A stretch of 64,000 nucleotides of DNA, from positions 131,293 to 195,292 of the forward strand of contig JAICYB010000001.1 of assembly GCA_025934435.1 (NCBI GenBank), in the 5' to 3' direction. The notes below the pieces were generated by a model, which saw only the letters and a list, made by a program, of their open reading frames with translations, made no database searches and was not told the DNA's origin. Positions 47,161 to 55,611 of this stretch are shown piece after piece. The position numbers and the translations under genes are program-made. This stretch comes from Actinomycetes bacterium. GTDB lineage: Bacteria > Actinomycetota > JAICYB01. Positions within the stretch are counted from its first letter, which is position 1. The number at the start of each line of letters is the position of its first letter.

Positions 47161-48833
47161 GGCGTCGCCACCGGAGTCGCGGCGACCGTCGCCGCGGGTG
47201 TCGCGGTCGGGACCGCTGTGGGTGCGTTCGTGGGCATCGGTGTGGTGTTACCCGTCGGGAACGGAGTTATGCCGGGCGTCGAGAACGGCGAGAACGTCGA
47301 CGAAGGCGATCCGGTGGTCGACGGCACGGGCGCCGGCCCCGCGCCGAAGGGGTCCGTTCGCGCCTTCGGGTCGGCGGGAACGAGGCCCGGTTTCCCGCTC
47401 GTGGCGCTCCGGAACGATGCGACGCCCGTCTGGAACGTCCACCGTTCGTTCGAACGTATCGGACGGTAGTCACCGTTCGGCCACCAGATGAAGGCGACGA
47501 AGCCCATCAGTGCGACGACACCGGCGCCGTATACGGCGCGGAGGAAGGGACGGCCCTGCGAGCCGGTCCATCCCTTCTTCACGGCGGCCTTCGACAGGCG
47601 CGCAAGCATGTACGCGATCCCGAGCAGCGGTATGACGAGGGCGAAGATCTGGAAGCCGTCGGCAACGGCGCTCATGTAGTGCGCGTGCGTCCACGCGTGG
47701 CCGGTTGCGTGGATGTGCTTGCCGAGCGAATCCCACGCCGTCCCGTAGATGCGCGGTGCGTTCATCACGATGAGCCCGAGGTTGAACGCGAGGATCGGGA
47801 GCACGATGAAGACCCATGCGGTGACGGCGAACCGGACGCGCGGTTTCAGTTCCTTCACGCGGGGATCGTCGTGGTGCCCGGGAAGCAGGCTCTTCAAGAT
47901 CGCTCCGATGCGCCCGAACAGATCGGGGACACCGACGATGTCGCTCACCATGTAGTAGCCGTCGAGACGGACGAACGGCAGGAACTGCTCGAACATCTCG
48001 AAGTGCTGGATCACGATCGCGATGAGGAACGCCTCGAAGCCGGTGACCTTGTACAGGACCGCTTCGAACAAGATGAAGATCGCGTTGAAATACACGCCGC
48101 CGAGATCGGTCCGCAGCTTGCCGCCCCGTCCGAGGCGGTAGGAGTCGGTGACGTCGGTGTAGAACGCGGGCCAGACGAGATAGAGCCCGACCCCGATCGT
48201 TCCCGGGTTCGCCCCGCCGTAGCGGCACGCCGTCGCGTGGCCGATCTCGTGGTATGCCGTCGCTGCGACGAGCATCCCGAACAGGAAGAGGAAGAGGGCC
48301 GGGTTGTAGAGCACTTCGTGCAGCCCGCGTCCGATGCCGTGCACCGCAAAGAGCCAGTAATCGAAGGCACCGAACGCCGCGAGGACGGCGATCAGGACGG
48401 GCGGCCAGTACAGCGGACGGAACAACGTTGTGAGCACGCGCACGAAACGGTCGGGCACGACCCCGGTGCGGAATTTCAGCGCGAGCAGTGGATTCGCTTT
48501 CTCCGCGGCCGGGGCGGATCCGTCCGCGGTCGCTACGAGGCCGAGCGGTCGGAGCTTCTCGTCGACCAGGTACTGGGCTCCCTCGGCGTCGAGCCCGCGA
48601 CCGAAGGCTTTGGAGACCTCTTCGCCGATCTGCTCGTAGCTGTGTTGACCGTCCATCCGTTCGGCGACGAGGTAGAGGATGCGCGACAGTTGGATGACCT
48701 GTCCGTCCGCGCGCCGCGCGATGAGCGGTGGTTCCTTGAAGCCCGAGTCGGGATACTCGCCGAGCAGTTCGACGCCGTCGGCGAGCTTCGGTGCGCCGGC
48801 CGGTGATGCCGGGCGTTCGATGGTTTCGGTCAT
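47157..48833 (-). CDS. S2P/M50-like intramembrane zinc metalloprotease with N-terminal PqqD-like RRE (RiPP recognition element) domain
   Basis: HEIGH in a predicted TM and LPFVRLDG in a later TM (S2P hallmarks); about 8 TM. N-terminal ...PLIARRADGQVIQLSRILYLVAERMDGQHSYEQIGEEVSKAFGRGLDAEGAQYLVDEKLRPLGLV follows the PqqD/RRE hydrophobic pattern. Pro/Thr-rich C-terminal tail. Confidence 0.65.
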   Translation of the reverse strand: MTETIERPASPAGAPKLADGVELLGEYPDSGFKEPPLIARRADGQVIQLSRILYLVAERMDGQHSYEQIGEEVSKAFGRGLDAEGAQYLVDEKLRPLGLVATADGSAPAAEKANPLLALKFRTGVVPDRFVRVLTTLFRPLYWPPVLIAVLAAFGAFDYWLFAVHGIGRGLHEVLYNPALFLFLFGMLVAATAYHEIGHATACRYGGANPGTIGVGLYLVWPAFYTDVTDSYRLGRGGKLRTDLGGVYFNAIFILFEAVLYKVTGFEAFLIAIVIQHFEMFEQFLPFVRLDGYYMVSDIVGVPDLFGRIGAILKSLLPGHHDDPRVKELKPRVRFAVTAWVFIVLPILAFNLGLIVMNAPRIYGTAWDSLGKHIHATGHAWTHAHYMSAVADGFQIFALVIPLLGIAYMLARLSKAAVKKGWTGSQGRPFLRAVYGAGVVALMGFVAFIWWPNGDYRPIRSNERWTFQTGVASFRSATSGKPGLVPADPKARTDPFGAGPAPVPSTTGSPSSTFSPFSTPGITPFPTGNTTPMPTNAPTAVPTATPAATVAATPVATP

Positions 48834-49007
48834 CGTTCTTGAACCTGAAGAGCCGGAGTCATGGCGACCCCGGCTCTTGTGCGGTCATTCCTAGTTCTCA
48901 CAGGAAGGTTGTTTGCTTGCGCGGTGGATTACCCAGTTCGAAGGCGTCGTGAAACTTGTTTGATTTCGTGTCGCGTGAGGTACGACCGAAGTAAGGAGGT
49001 GACGCAC

Positions 49008-49214
49008 GTGGCTGATGAAGGTTTCAGGACGCTGACACGTGAGGAACTCGAAGCAGTTGCAGGTGAAGGCCTGCCCGAGCGCGCGCTCATGTCGCTCGTC
49101 AACGCGAATGTTGCGATCCCGATCAACATCGCGGCGGCGCTGAACGTGCTGTCGGACAACGCGACGGCGGTTGCCGGCGCGGCGCAGTCCGGTGACATCT
49201 CGCAGCTGAGCTAG
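49008..49214 (+). CDS. Small acidic peptide, paralog 1 of 3 (candidate precursor/substrate peptide)
   Basis: VADEGFRTLTREELEAVAGEGLPERALMSLVNANVAIPINIAAALNVLSDNATAVAGAAQSGDISQLS. GTG start 7 nt after AAGGAGGT. Confidence 0.6.
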   Translation: MADEGFRTLTREELEAVAGEGLPERALMSLVNANVAIPINIAAALNVLSDNATAVAGAAQSGDISQLS

Positions 49215-49228
49215 GCAAGGAGGAAACC

Positions 49229-49444
49229 GTGGCTGACCAAGAGAAGCTCGAATACAAGGCGCTCTCGAAGGAAGAGCTCGAGGCGCTGGCCGGTGAAGAG
49301 CTACCGGAGCGCGCGGTGATGTCGCTCATCAATGCGAACATCGCGGCACCGATCAACGCGGCGCTTGCGCTGAACGTGCTGTCGGACAACTCGACGGCGA
49401 TCGCTCAGGCTACGCAGGTCGCCCCGATCACCCAGACCAACTAA
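49229..49444 (+). CDS. Small acidic peptide, paralog 2 of 3
   Basis: MADQEKLEYKALSKEELEALAGEELPERAVMSLINANIAAPINAALALNVLSDNSTAIAQATQVAPITQTN. AAGGAGG RBS. Confidence 0.6.
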   Translation: MADQEKLEYKALSKEELEALAGEELPERAVMSLINANIAAPINAALALNVLSDNSTAIAQATQVAPITQTN

Positions 49445-49451
49445 GGAGGTC

Positions 49452-49658
49452 GTGATGGCCGACGACTTCCGGAAGCTCACGAAGGAAGACCTGGATCAGA
49501 TCTCGGGCGAACCGCTTCCCGAGCGGGCCGTCATGTCCCTGCTCAACGCGAACGTCGCGATCCCAGTCAATGCGGCGCTTGCGCTGAACCTGGCGTCAGA
49601 CGGTTCGGTCGCCGGGGCGATCGCCTCGCAGACCGGCCAGATCACGCAGACGACCTGA
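49452..49658 (+). CDS. Small acidic peptide, paralog 3 of 3
   Basis: MMADDFRKLTKEDLDQISGEPLPERAVMSLLNANVAIPVNAALALNLASDGSVAGAIASQTGQITQTT. AAGGAGG RBS. Confidence 0.6.
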   Translation: MMADDFRKLTKEDLDQISGEPLPERAVMSLLNANVAIPVNAALALNLASDGSVAGAIASQTGQITQTT

Positions 49659-49719
49659 TCGGTCGAACGATTCGGAGCAGCCAACGGGCGTGCTGTACAG
49701 CCCGTTGGCTGTTTCTTTT

Positions 49720-52700
49720 CTAGGCCCCCGCTGCCGCGATGTCCTCGGCTTCGTCCTCGCGGCCGAGACCGTCCTTGCGGGCTTCGATCTTCGCGACGTC
49801 GGTCTTCGGGACGACGGCGAAGAAGTGCTCGGACTCGCGCACCCAATCGTTGAGGATCTCTCGTGCCTTCTTGCTCGCCGTGTAGTGCTCGTGGTTCTCG
49901 ACGAACTCGCGCACGATCTCGAGTTGATCGGGGTTCGCCGCCGCGACCGCGACGAGTTCCGTGTTGACCTTCCGCGGCAGCGTCTTCGTCGGGTCGTACA
50001 CGAAGGCTTGGCCTCCGGACATACCCGCGCCGAAGTTGTTGCCGACGGGGCCGAGGATCACGACCCAGCCACCGGTCATGTACTCGCACGCATGCTGTCC
50101 GGTTCCTTCGACGACCGCGAGCGCACCGGCGTTCCGCACCGCGAAGCGCGCACCCGCCGAGCCCGCGCAGTAGAGCTCGCCGCCGGTCGCACCGTAGAGC
50201 ACCGTGTTCCCGATGAGGACGGGATCTCCGGCGTCATCGGCGGGCGGGCGCACGATGATCCGTCCGCCGTTCATCGACTTGCCGACGTAGTCGTTCGCTT
50301 CGCCGATCAGCGTGAACTCGACGCCGGATGCGAGGAATGCGCCGAAGCTCTGTCCCGCCTGGCCGGTGAACGTGATCTGCGCTTCACCCGGAGGTGCTTC
50401 TTCGCCGAAGTGATACGCGATCTCGCCGCCGATCTCCGCGCCGATGGAACGGTCCGCGTTCGTGATGTCGTAGGACAGCTCGACGTTCTCGCCGACACGC
50501 ACGGCGAAGACGGCGTCCTCCTTGACTCGGCGGCCGAGCTCGGAACGGGCGCGCTGGAGGTCGATGTGGCGGACGAATCGCGTGGGCGCGTCCGGCGTGG
50601 GACGAGCATCGCGCAGCAACCATTCGAGATCGACGGCGTCGGCGCGAGCGTCACCGGTGGATCTGCGGCGAAGAAGATCGATCCGTCCGATCGCTTCGTC
50701 GAGGGAACGGAGCCCGAGCGACGCGAGCGTCCGCCGCACCTCCTCGGCGACGAAGTACAGGTACGCGGCGACCATCTCCGGCGTGCCCTGGAACTTCGCG
50801 CGGAGCTCCGGCTTCTGCGTCGCGATGCCGACGGGACACGTGTCGCGGTGGCAGGTGCGCACCATGATGCAGCCCTCGGCGAGCAACGGCGCGGTGCCGA
50901 ACGAATACTGATCGGCCCCGAGGAGCGCCGCGATCATCACGTCGCGTCCCGTGCGGAAACCGCCGTCGACACGCACCTTGACGCGGGAGCGGAGACCTTC
51001 CGCGACGAGCGTCTGCTGTGTCTCGGCGAGACCGAGCTCCCACGGGAGGCCGGCGTTCTTGATGGACGAAAGCGGCGATGCTCCGGTGCCGCCGTCGGCG
51101 CCGGACAGCATGACGACCTCGGCGAGACCCTTCGCGACCCCGGCGGCGATCGTGCCGACGCCCGTCGTCGCGACGAGCTTCACGGACACGTCCGCACGCG
51201 GGTTCACCTGTTTCAGGTCGTAGATGAGCTGCGCGAGATCTTCGATCGAGTAGATGTCGTGGTGCGGCGGGGGAGAGATGAGCGACACGCCCGGCTGCGT
51301 ATGACGCAGTCGCGCGATCTCGGACGAGACCTTGTGTCCCGGGAGCTGTCCGCCCTCGCCGGGCTTCGATCCCTGCGCCATCTTGATCTGCAGCTCGTCC
51401 GCCCACGACGCGTACTCCGGCGTGACGCCGAAACGGCCGGACGCAACCTGTTTGATCTTGCAGTTCCGGTCGCGCTTCGAACCCTTCGTGCGGAACCGGT
51501 ACGGATCTTCGCCGCCCTCTCCGGTGTTGCCGCGTCCGCCGATCATGTTGAACGCCATCGCGAGCGTTTCGTGCGCTTCGCGTGAGATCGAACCGTGTGA
51601 GATCGCGCCGGACGAGAAGCGCTTGCAGATCTCGCTCGCCGGCTCGACTTCGTCGACGGGGATCGCCTCGTCTGCGCCGACGATCTCGAGCAGGTCGCGC
51701 GGGGTCGACGGAGGACGGTCGTTCACCGTCGCCGCGAACTTGTCGTACATCTCGTCGCCGCCGCCCGAAACCGCCGTCCGGAGCGCATGCGCCGCGCGTT
51801 CCAGATCGGCTTGACGGTGGTTCGTCCCGGAGCCGACGGCTTCGTGCATGGCGTCGACGACCTCGGGGTTCGCCGCGTGATATTCGCCGCCGTGCTTGTA
51901 CTTGATGAATCCTGTCGAGATGTGGCGCGCGCGCGATTTGGCGTACGCGTCGGCGTGCCAGCGCAAGACGTTCTCCGCGATCTGTTCGAACGAGAGACCC
52001 CACACTGTCGAGAAGGTTCCTTCGAAGCAGAGACCGATCACGTCGGGGCCGAGTCCGTACGCTTCGAAGATCTGTGCGCCGCGATACGAGTCGACGGTCG
52101 AGATCCCCATCTTCGACATGATCTTGAGGACGCCGTCTTCGATCGCGTACCGGTAGTTCTCGAGGGCTTCGTCCGGCGGGAAGCCCTCGATCATCCCCTT
52201 CGACGCGCGTTCCGCGAGATACGCGAAGGTCAGGTAGGGACAGATGAGATCGGCGCCGTATCCGACGAGCGTCGCGAAGTGATGCGTCTCGCGCGGCTCA
52301 CCCGAGTCGCACACGATGGACGCCTGCGTGCGTAGTCCGGCGCGCACGAGCCGATGGTGGACGGCCCCCGTCGCCGCGAGCGACGGGATCGGCGCCCGCT
52401 CGCGGGTGACGCCTCGGTCGGACACGACGAGGATCGCCGCGCCGCTCCGTACGGCCGCTTCGGCTTCCTCTCCGATCCGCCGCAATGCTCTCTCGAGTCC
52501 GGACGGACCGTCGGACGCGGGGAAGGTTGCGTCGATGAGAGCCACGTCCCACGGTGCGTCGACGAACAGGTCGTCCACGGCTTCGGGATAGACGACGAAC
52601 GACTCGTACTCGAGGAGGTCGGCCGCTTCGGGCACCTCCGACAGGAGCGGGACGCGCGGACCGACGAGCGTCCGTTTCGACATGACGAGTCGTTCGCGGA

Positions 52701-54192
52701 GATGGTCGATCGGCGGGTTCGTGACCTGGGCGAAGCGCTGCTTGAAGAAGTTGAAGAGCGGACGCGCGAACGTCGTGAGATACGGCGCTTGCGTGTCGTC
52801 GCCCATCGACGACGTCGGTTCCTTCCGGTACTTCGCCATCGGTTCGACGATGACGGTGATCTCTTCCTTCGTGACGCCGAAGGCCGTCTGCCGCGCGATC
52901 AGCTCGTCCGGGATGTCGATGCGCGGGAGCCCGGGGGAGCGCTTGATCAAGCGCTCCGTCCATTCTTCGTACGGCATGCCGGCGGCGATGAATGCTTTCA
53001 CCGTCGCGTTCTGCTGCACCGGCTCGTCGAGGGTGGGATCGACGCAGATCATCTGACCCTCGGCGAGCTTGCCGCGCTTCACGGTCCCGTGTCCGGAAAG
53101 ATCGACCGTGCCGACTTCGGACGAGACGACGACGAGGCCGTCCTCGCAGATCTGGTAGCGCAGCGGACGGAGACCGTTGCGGTCGAGCGTCGCACCGACG
53201 CGGATGCCGTCGGTGAACACGAGCCCGGCCGGACCATCCCACGGCTCGATGAGGCACGAGTGGTAGCGATAGAACGCGCGTAGGTCGGGCGCCATGTCGT
53301 CGCGTGTCTCCCACGAGTCCGGAACGAGCATGTGCAAGGAGTGACGGACGTCCCGTCCCCCGCGCACGAGCAACTCGAGGGCGTTGTCGAGGATCGCGGA
53401 GTCGGAACCGCTCACGTCGATGACCGGCTTGAGCAGGTCGGCCGGTGCGAGGTCGTCCGCGCCGAGGCGGTCTTGCCGGGCGCGCATCCAATTGATGTTT
53501 CCCTGGATCGCGTTGATCTCGCCGTTGTGACAGAGGAACCGGAACGGTTGCGCGCGTTCCCACGTCGGTGTGGTGTTCGTCGCGTAACGCTGGTGGAAGA
53601 TCGCGAAGTGGGCTTCGTAGTCGTCGCGCGCGAGATCGAGGTAGAAGTTCGCGAGTTGCGGCGCGGCGACGAGGGCCTTGTACGTGATCGTTCGGAACGA
53701 CCACGACAGGAAGTAGATCTTCTCGCCGGCGTTGATCGCCGCATGCTCGGCGCGACGACGAGCGCGGAAGCAGCGCTTTTCGAGCTCGTCCGGATCGGTG
53801 ATCGTCGCGGCGTGTGTCAGCTGGACGATGCGCGGCATCGATCCTTGCGCCTGCACGCCGAGCGCACCCGTGTCGACGGGTACGTCCCGCCACTCGAGCG
53901 CCGTGAACCCTTCGGCGCGCGCCGCCTCCTCGACGATCTTGGCGAACCCTTCGGTGCGCGCGAAGATCATCGCGACGGCTCGGGGACCGAAGACCTTCTC
54001 CGGGATCGGCGTGAGGATGCCGGCGCCGTCGCCGGTCAGTGCGTCCGCGGCGACGGCACCACGGTGCTCGACGCGGCAGAGTGCGTTGATGGCGGCTTCG
54101 ACGATGTCGCGGCGAACGGCGCCGCCGGCGTCGGCCACGAAGCCGATGCCGCAGGCGTCACGCTCGCGTGTGTAGTCGTAGGTGTAATCCAT
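49720..54192 (-). CDS. gltB: Glutamate synthase large subunit
   Basis: Start chosen at MDYTYDYTRERDACGIGFV (propeptide plus Cys nucleophile), not the upstream TTG of the track. About 1490 aa with amidotransferase, FMN and GXGXG domains. Confidence 0.9.
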   Translation of the reverse strand: MDYTYDYTRERDACGIGFVADAGGAVRRDIVEAAINALCRVEHRGAVAADALTGDGAGILTPIPEKVFGPRAVAMIFARTEGFAKIVEEAARAEGFTALEWRDVPVDTGALGVQAQGSMPRIVQLTHAATITDPDELEKRCFRARRRAEHAAINAGEKIYFLSWSFRTITYKALVAAPQLANFYLDLARDDYEAHFAIFHQRYATNTTPTWERAQPFRFLCHNGEINAIQGNINWMRARQDRLGADDLAPADLLKPVIDVSGSDSAILDNALELLVRGGRDVRHSLHMLVPDSWETRDDMAPDLRAFYRYHSCLIEPWDGPAGLVFTDGIRVGATLDRNGLRPLRYQICEDGLVVVSSEVGTVDLSGHGTVKRGKLAEGQMICVDPTLDEPVQQNATVKAFIAAGMPYEEWTERLIKRSPGLPRIDIPDELIARQTAFGVTKEEITVIVEPMAKYRKEPTSSMGDDTQAPYLTTFARPLFNFFKQRFAQVTNPPIDHLRERLVMSKRTLVGPRVPLLSEVPEAADLLEYESFVVYPEAVDDLFVDAPWDVALIDATFPASDGPSGLERALRRIGEEAEAAVRSGAAILVVSDRGVTRERAPIPSLAATGAVHHRLVRAGLRTQASIVCDSGEPRETHHFATLVGYGADLICPYLTFAYLAERASKGMIEGFPPDEALENYRYAIEDGVLKIMSKMGISTVDSYRGAQIFEAYGLGPDVIGLCFEGTFSTVWGLSFEQIAENVLRWHADAYAKSRARHISTGFIKYKHGGEYHAANPEVVDAMHEAVGSGTNHRQADLERAAHALRTAVSGGGDEMYDKFAATVNDRPPSTPRDLLEIVGADEAIPVDEVEPASEICKRFSSGAISHGSISREAHETLAMAFNMIGGRGNTGEGGEDPYRFRTKGSKRDRNCKIKQVASGRFGVTPEYASWADELQIKMAQGSKPGEGGQLPGHKVSSEIARLRHTQPGVSLISPPPHHDIYSIEDLAQLIYDLKQVNPRADVSVKLVATTGVGTIAAGVAKGLAEVVMLSGADGGTGASPLSSIKNAGLPWELGLAETQQTLVAEGLRSRVKVRVDGGFRTGRDVMIAALLGADQYSFGTAPLLAEGCIMVRTCHRDTCPVGIATQKPELRAKFQGTPEMVAAYLYFVAEEVRRTLASLGLRSLDEAIGRIDLLRRRSTGDARADAVDLEWLLRDARPTPDAPTRFVRHIDLQRARSELGRRVKEDAVFAVRVGENVELSYDITNADRSIGAEIGGEIAYHFGEEAPPGEAQITFTGQAGQSFGAFLASGVEFTLIGEANDYVGKSMNGGRIIVRPPADDAGDPVLIGNTVLYGATGGELYCAGSAGARFAVRNAGALAVVEGTGQHACEYMTGGWVVILGPVGNNFGAGMSGGQAFVYDPTKTLPRKVNTELVAVAAANPDQLEIVREFVENHEHYTASKKAREILNDWVRESEHFFAVVPKTDVAKIEARKDGLGREDEAEDIAAAGA

Positions 54193-54215
54193 CAGGGTTC
54201 CCGGGTCCTGCAAAC

Positions 54216-54262
54216 AAAAAAAACGACGCCCGCGCAGAGTGCGCGGAGCGCCGTTGCTCCGC
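54216..54262 (-). terminator. Intrinsic terminator-like hairpin (CCGCGCA-CUC-UGCGCGG) followed by U8 on the minus strand
   Basis: Seen directly: revcomp of 54211-54270 gives ...GCGCUCCGCGCACUCUGCGCGGGCGUCGUUUUUUUUG. Lies after the membrane-protein gene and about 25 nt before the gltB ATG. Confidence 0.45.
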
Positions 54263-54304
54263 CAGCAGGATACAGCCAGAAACCGACCTAGGTAAGAGGC
54301 CGCG

Positions 54305-55048
54305 TCAGGCGCAGTGGACCTGGAATTGCTTGCGGGCCGTCCGGCCCGACCGGTCCTGGACCGACACTTCCATGGCGTGATCGCCGTGGGTGGCCGGCTT
54401 CGAGAAGCTCGACGAGTAGCTCATCCCGGAGATCGGGCCGCCCTTGGCGACCGATCCGTCCACGTAGAGGGCGATCCACGACAGTGGCGAACCACCGGCC
54501 GTCGCCGTGTAGCTGATGGCGAGCGTGCCGGTGCAGGACGGCGACGCCGAGATCGAGGGCCCCGTCCCGGTCGTGGAGTTCACGGGCGAGGTCGTCTTCT
54601 CGGCCACGAGCGGGGCCTTCGTCGCCGCCGGGACCGGCGCCTCGGTCGGGGCGATCGTCGGGACGGGGGTCGGGGGCGGCGTGGGGGCGTCCGTCACCGT
54701 GACCTGCACGATGTCCGGCTGCGTCGTGACCTGCGAGATCGGTCCGAGGCCGGTCTTCGGCGCCGCGGACGTGGCCCATATCGTCTGGCGGGCCCCGGCG
54801 AGGCCCGCGCCGAGCAGAACGATCCCGGTCAGGGCTCCGAGCAGCGGCCACAGGCGGGGGCGGGGCTTGTCGAGATCGTCGAAGGAGGAGCGTGGCTGCC
54901 ACGCCGCCCAGGGGTCGGCCGGATCGACGACAGGGGCGAATTCGACCGAATCCGTCGTTCTCGGATCGGTCTTCTTCGTCAGTTTGGCCGCGAACACCGT
55001 CATCGAGACAACGGCGACGCCGCCGGCCACCAATAGCGCCCAGACCAT
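54305..55048 (-). CDS. Membrane-anchored protein with Pro/Thr-rich linker and C-terminal ~100-aa Cys-pair domain, hypothetical
   Basis: Start uncertain: ATG at 55048 (MVWALLVAGGVAVV TM), or the GTG at 55120 that adds a CCNCK N-terminus. Confidence 0.5.
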   Translation of the reverse strand: MVWALLVAGGVAVVSMTVFAAKLTKKTDPRTTDSVEFAPVVDPADPWAAWQPRSSFDDLDKPRPRLWPLLGALTGIVLLGAGLAGARQTIWATSAAPKTGLGPISQVTTQPDIVQVTVTDAPTPPPTPVPTIAPTEAPVPAATKAPLVAEKTTSPVNSTTGTGPSISASPSCTGTLAISYTATAGGSPLSWIALYVDGSVAKGGPISGMSYSSSFSKPATHGDHAMEVSVQDRSGRTARKQFQVHCA

Positions 55049-55146
55049 AGCCGACGCAACCTTACCATCAGACGGCTCGATATTGAACGGAACTTTACAG
55101 TTGCAACAGCGCGGTCTCACGGCCCGTCGGTCCCGGGCGTTGGAAT

Positions 55147-55611
55147 GTGGACGTGATCCCGCCCTTCCAGCGGTTCATGGACGACAACCGGACGGCCGTC
55201 TGGCGGCTGCTCCACGTCCTTTGCCTCCCCGACGACGTCGAGGACTGTTTCCAGGAGACGTTCCTTTCGGCGCTCCGGGCCTACCCGAAGCTCACCGACG
55301 CGCGGAACCTCCGCGGCTGGGTGCTGACGATCGCCGAGCGGAAGGCGATGGACTCCCACCGGTCGCGGAAGCGGAGGCCGCGGCCCGTCGAGTCGGCTCC
55401 GGACCGTGCGGCGCGGAGCCCTGACGGTTCCGACCCCGAGCTGTGGGAAGCGGTCCGCGCGCTTCCGCCGAAGCAGCGCACCGCCGTGACGCATCGTTTC
55501 GTCGCCGACCTCACGTACCGGGACATCTCGCGCGTTATGGGAACGACGGAAGAAGCGGCGCGGCAGAACGTCCGGGAGGGACTACGAAAGCTCCGGGAGG
55601 TGCTGCGATGA
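55147..55611 (+). CDS. ECF-type RNA polymerase sigma-70 factor
   Basis: Region 2 DVEDCFQETFLSALRAYPKL...RGWVLTIAERKAMD; region 4 LPPKQRTAVTHRFVADLTYRDISRVMGTTEEAARQNVREGLRKLRE. Confidence 0.8.
   Translation: MDVIPPFQRFMDDNRTAVWRLLHVLCLPDDVEDCFQETFLSALRAYPKLTDARNLRGWVLTIAERKAMDSHRSRKRRPRPVESAPDRAARSPDGSDPELWEAVRALPPKQRTAVTHRFVADLTYRDISRVMGTTEEAARQNVREGLRKLREVLR

Noticed and set aside
54305-55120. Alternative GTG start adding a MRPRCCNCKVPFNIEPSDGKVASA N-terminus (possible zinc-binding anti-sigma-like segment) to the membrane protein divergent from the ECF sigma
   Set aside because: No RBS or clear ZAS (HxxxCxxC) motif; the ATG at 55048 directly precedes the TM helix.
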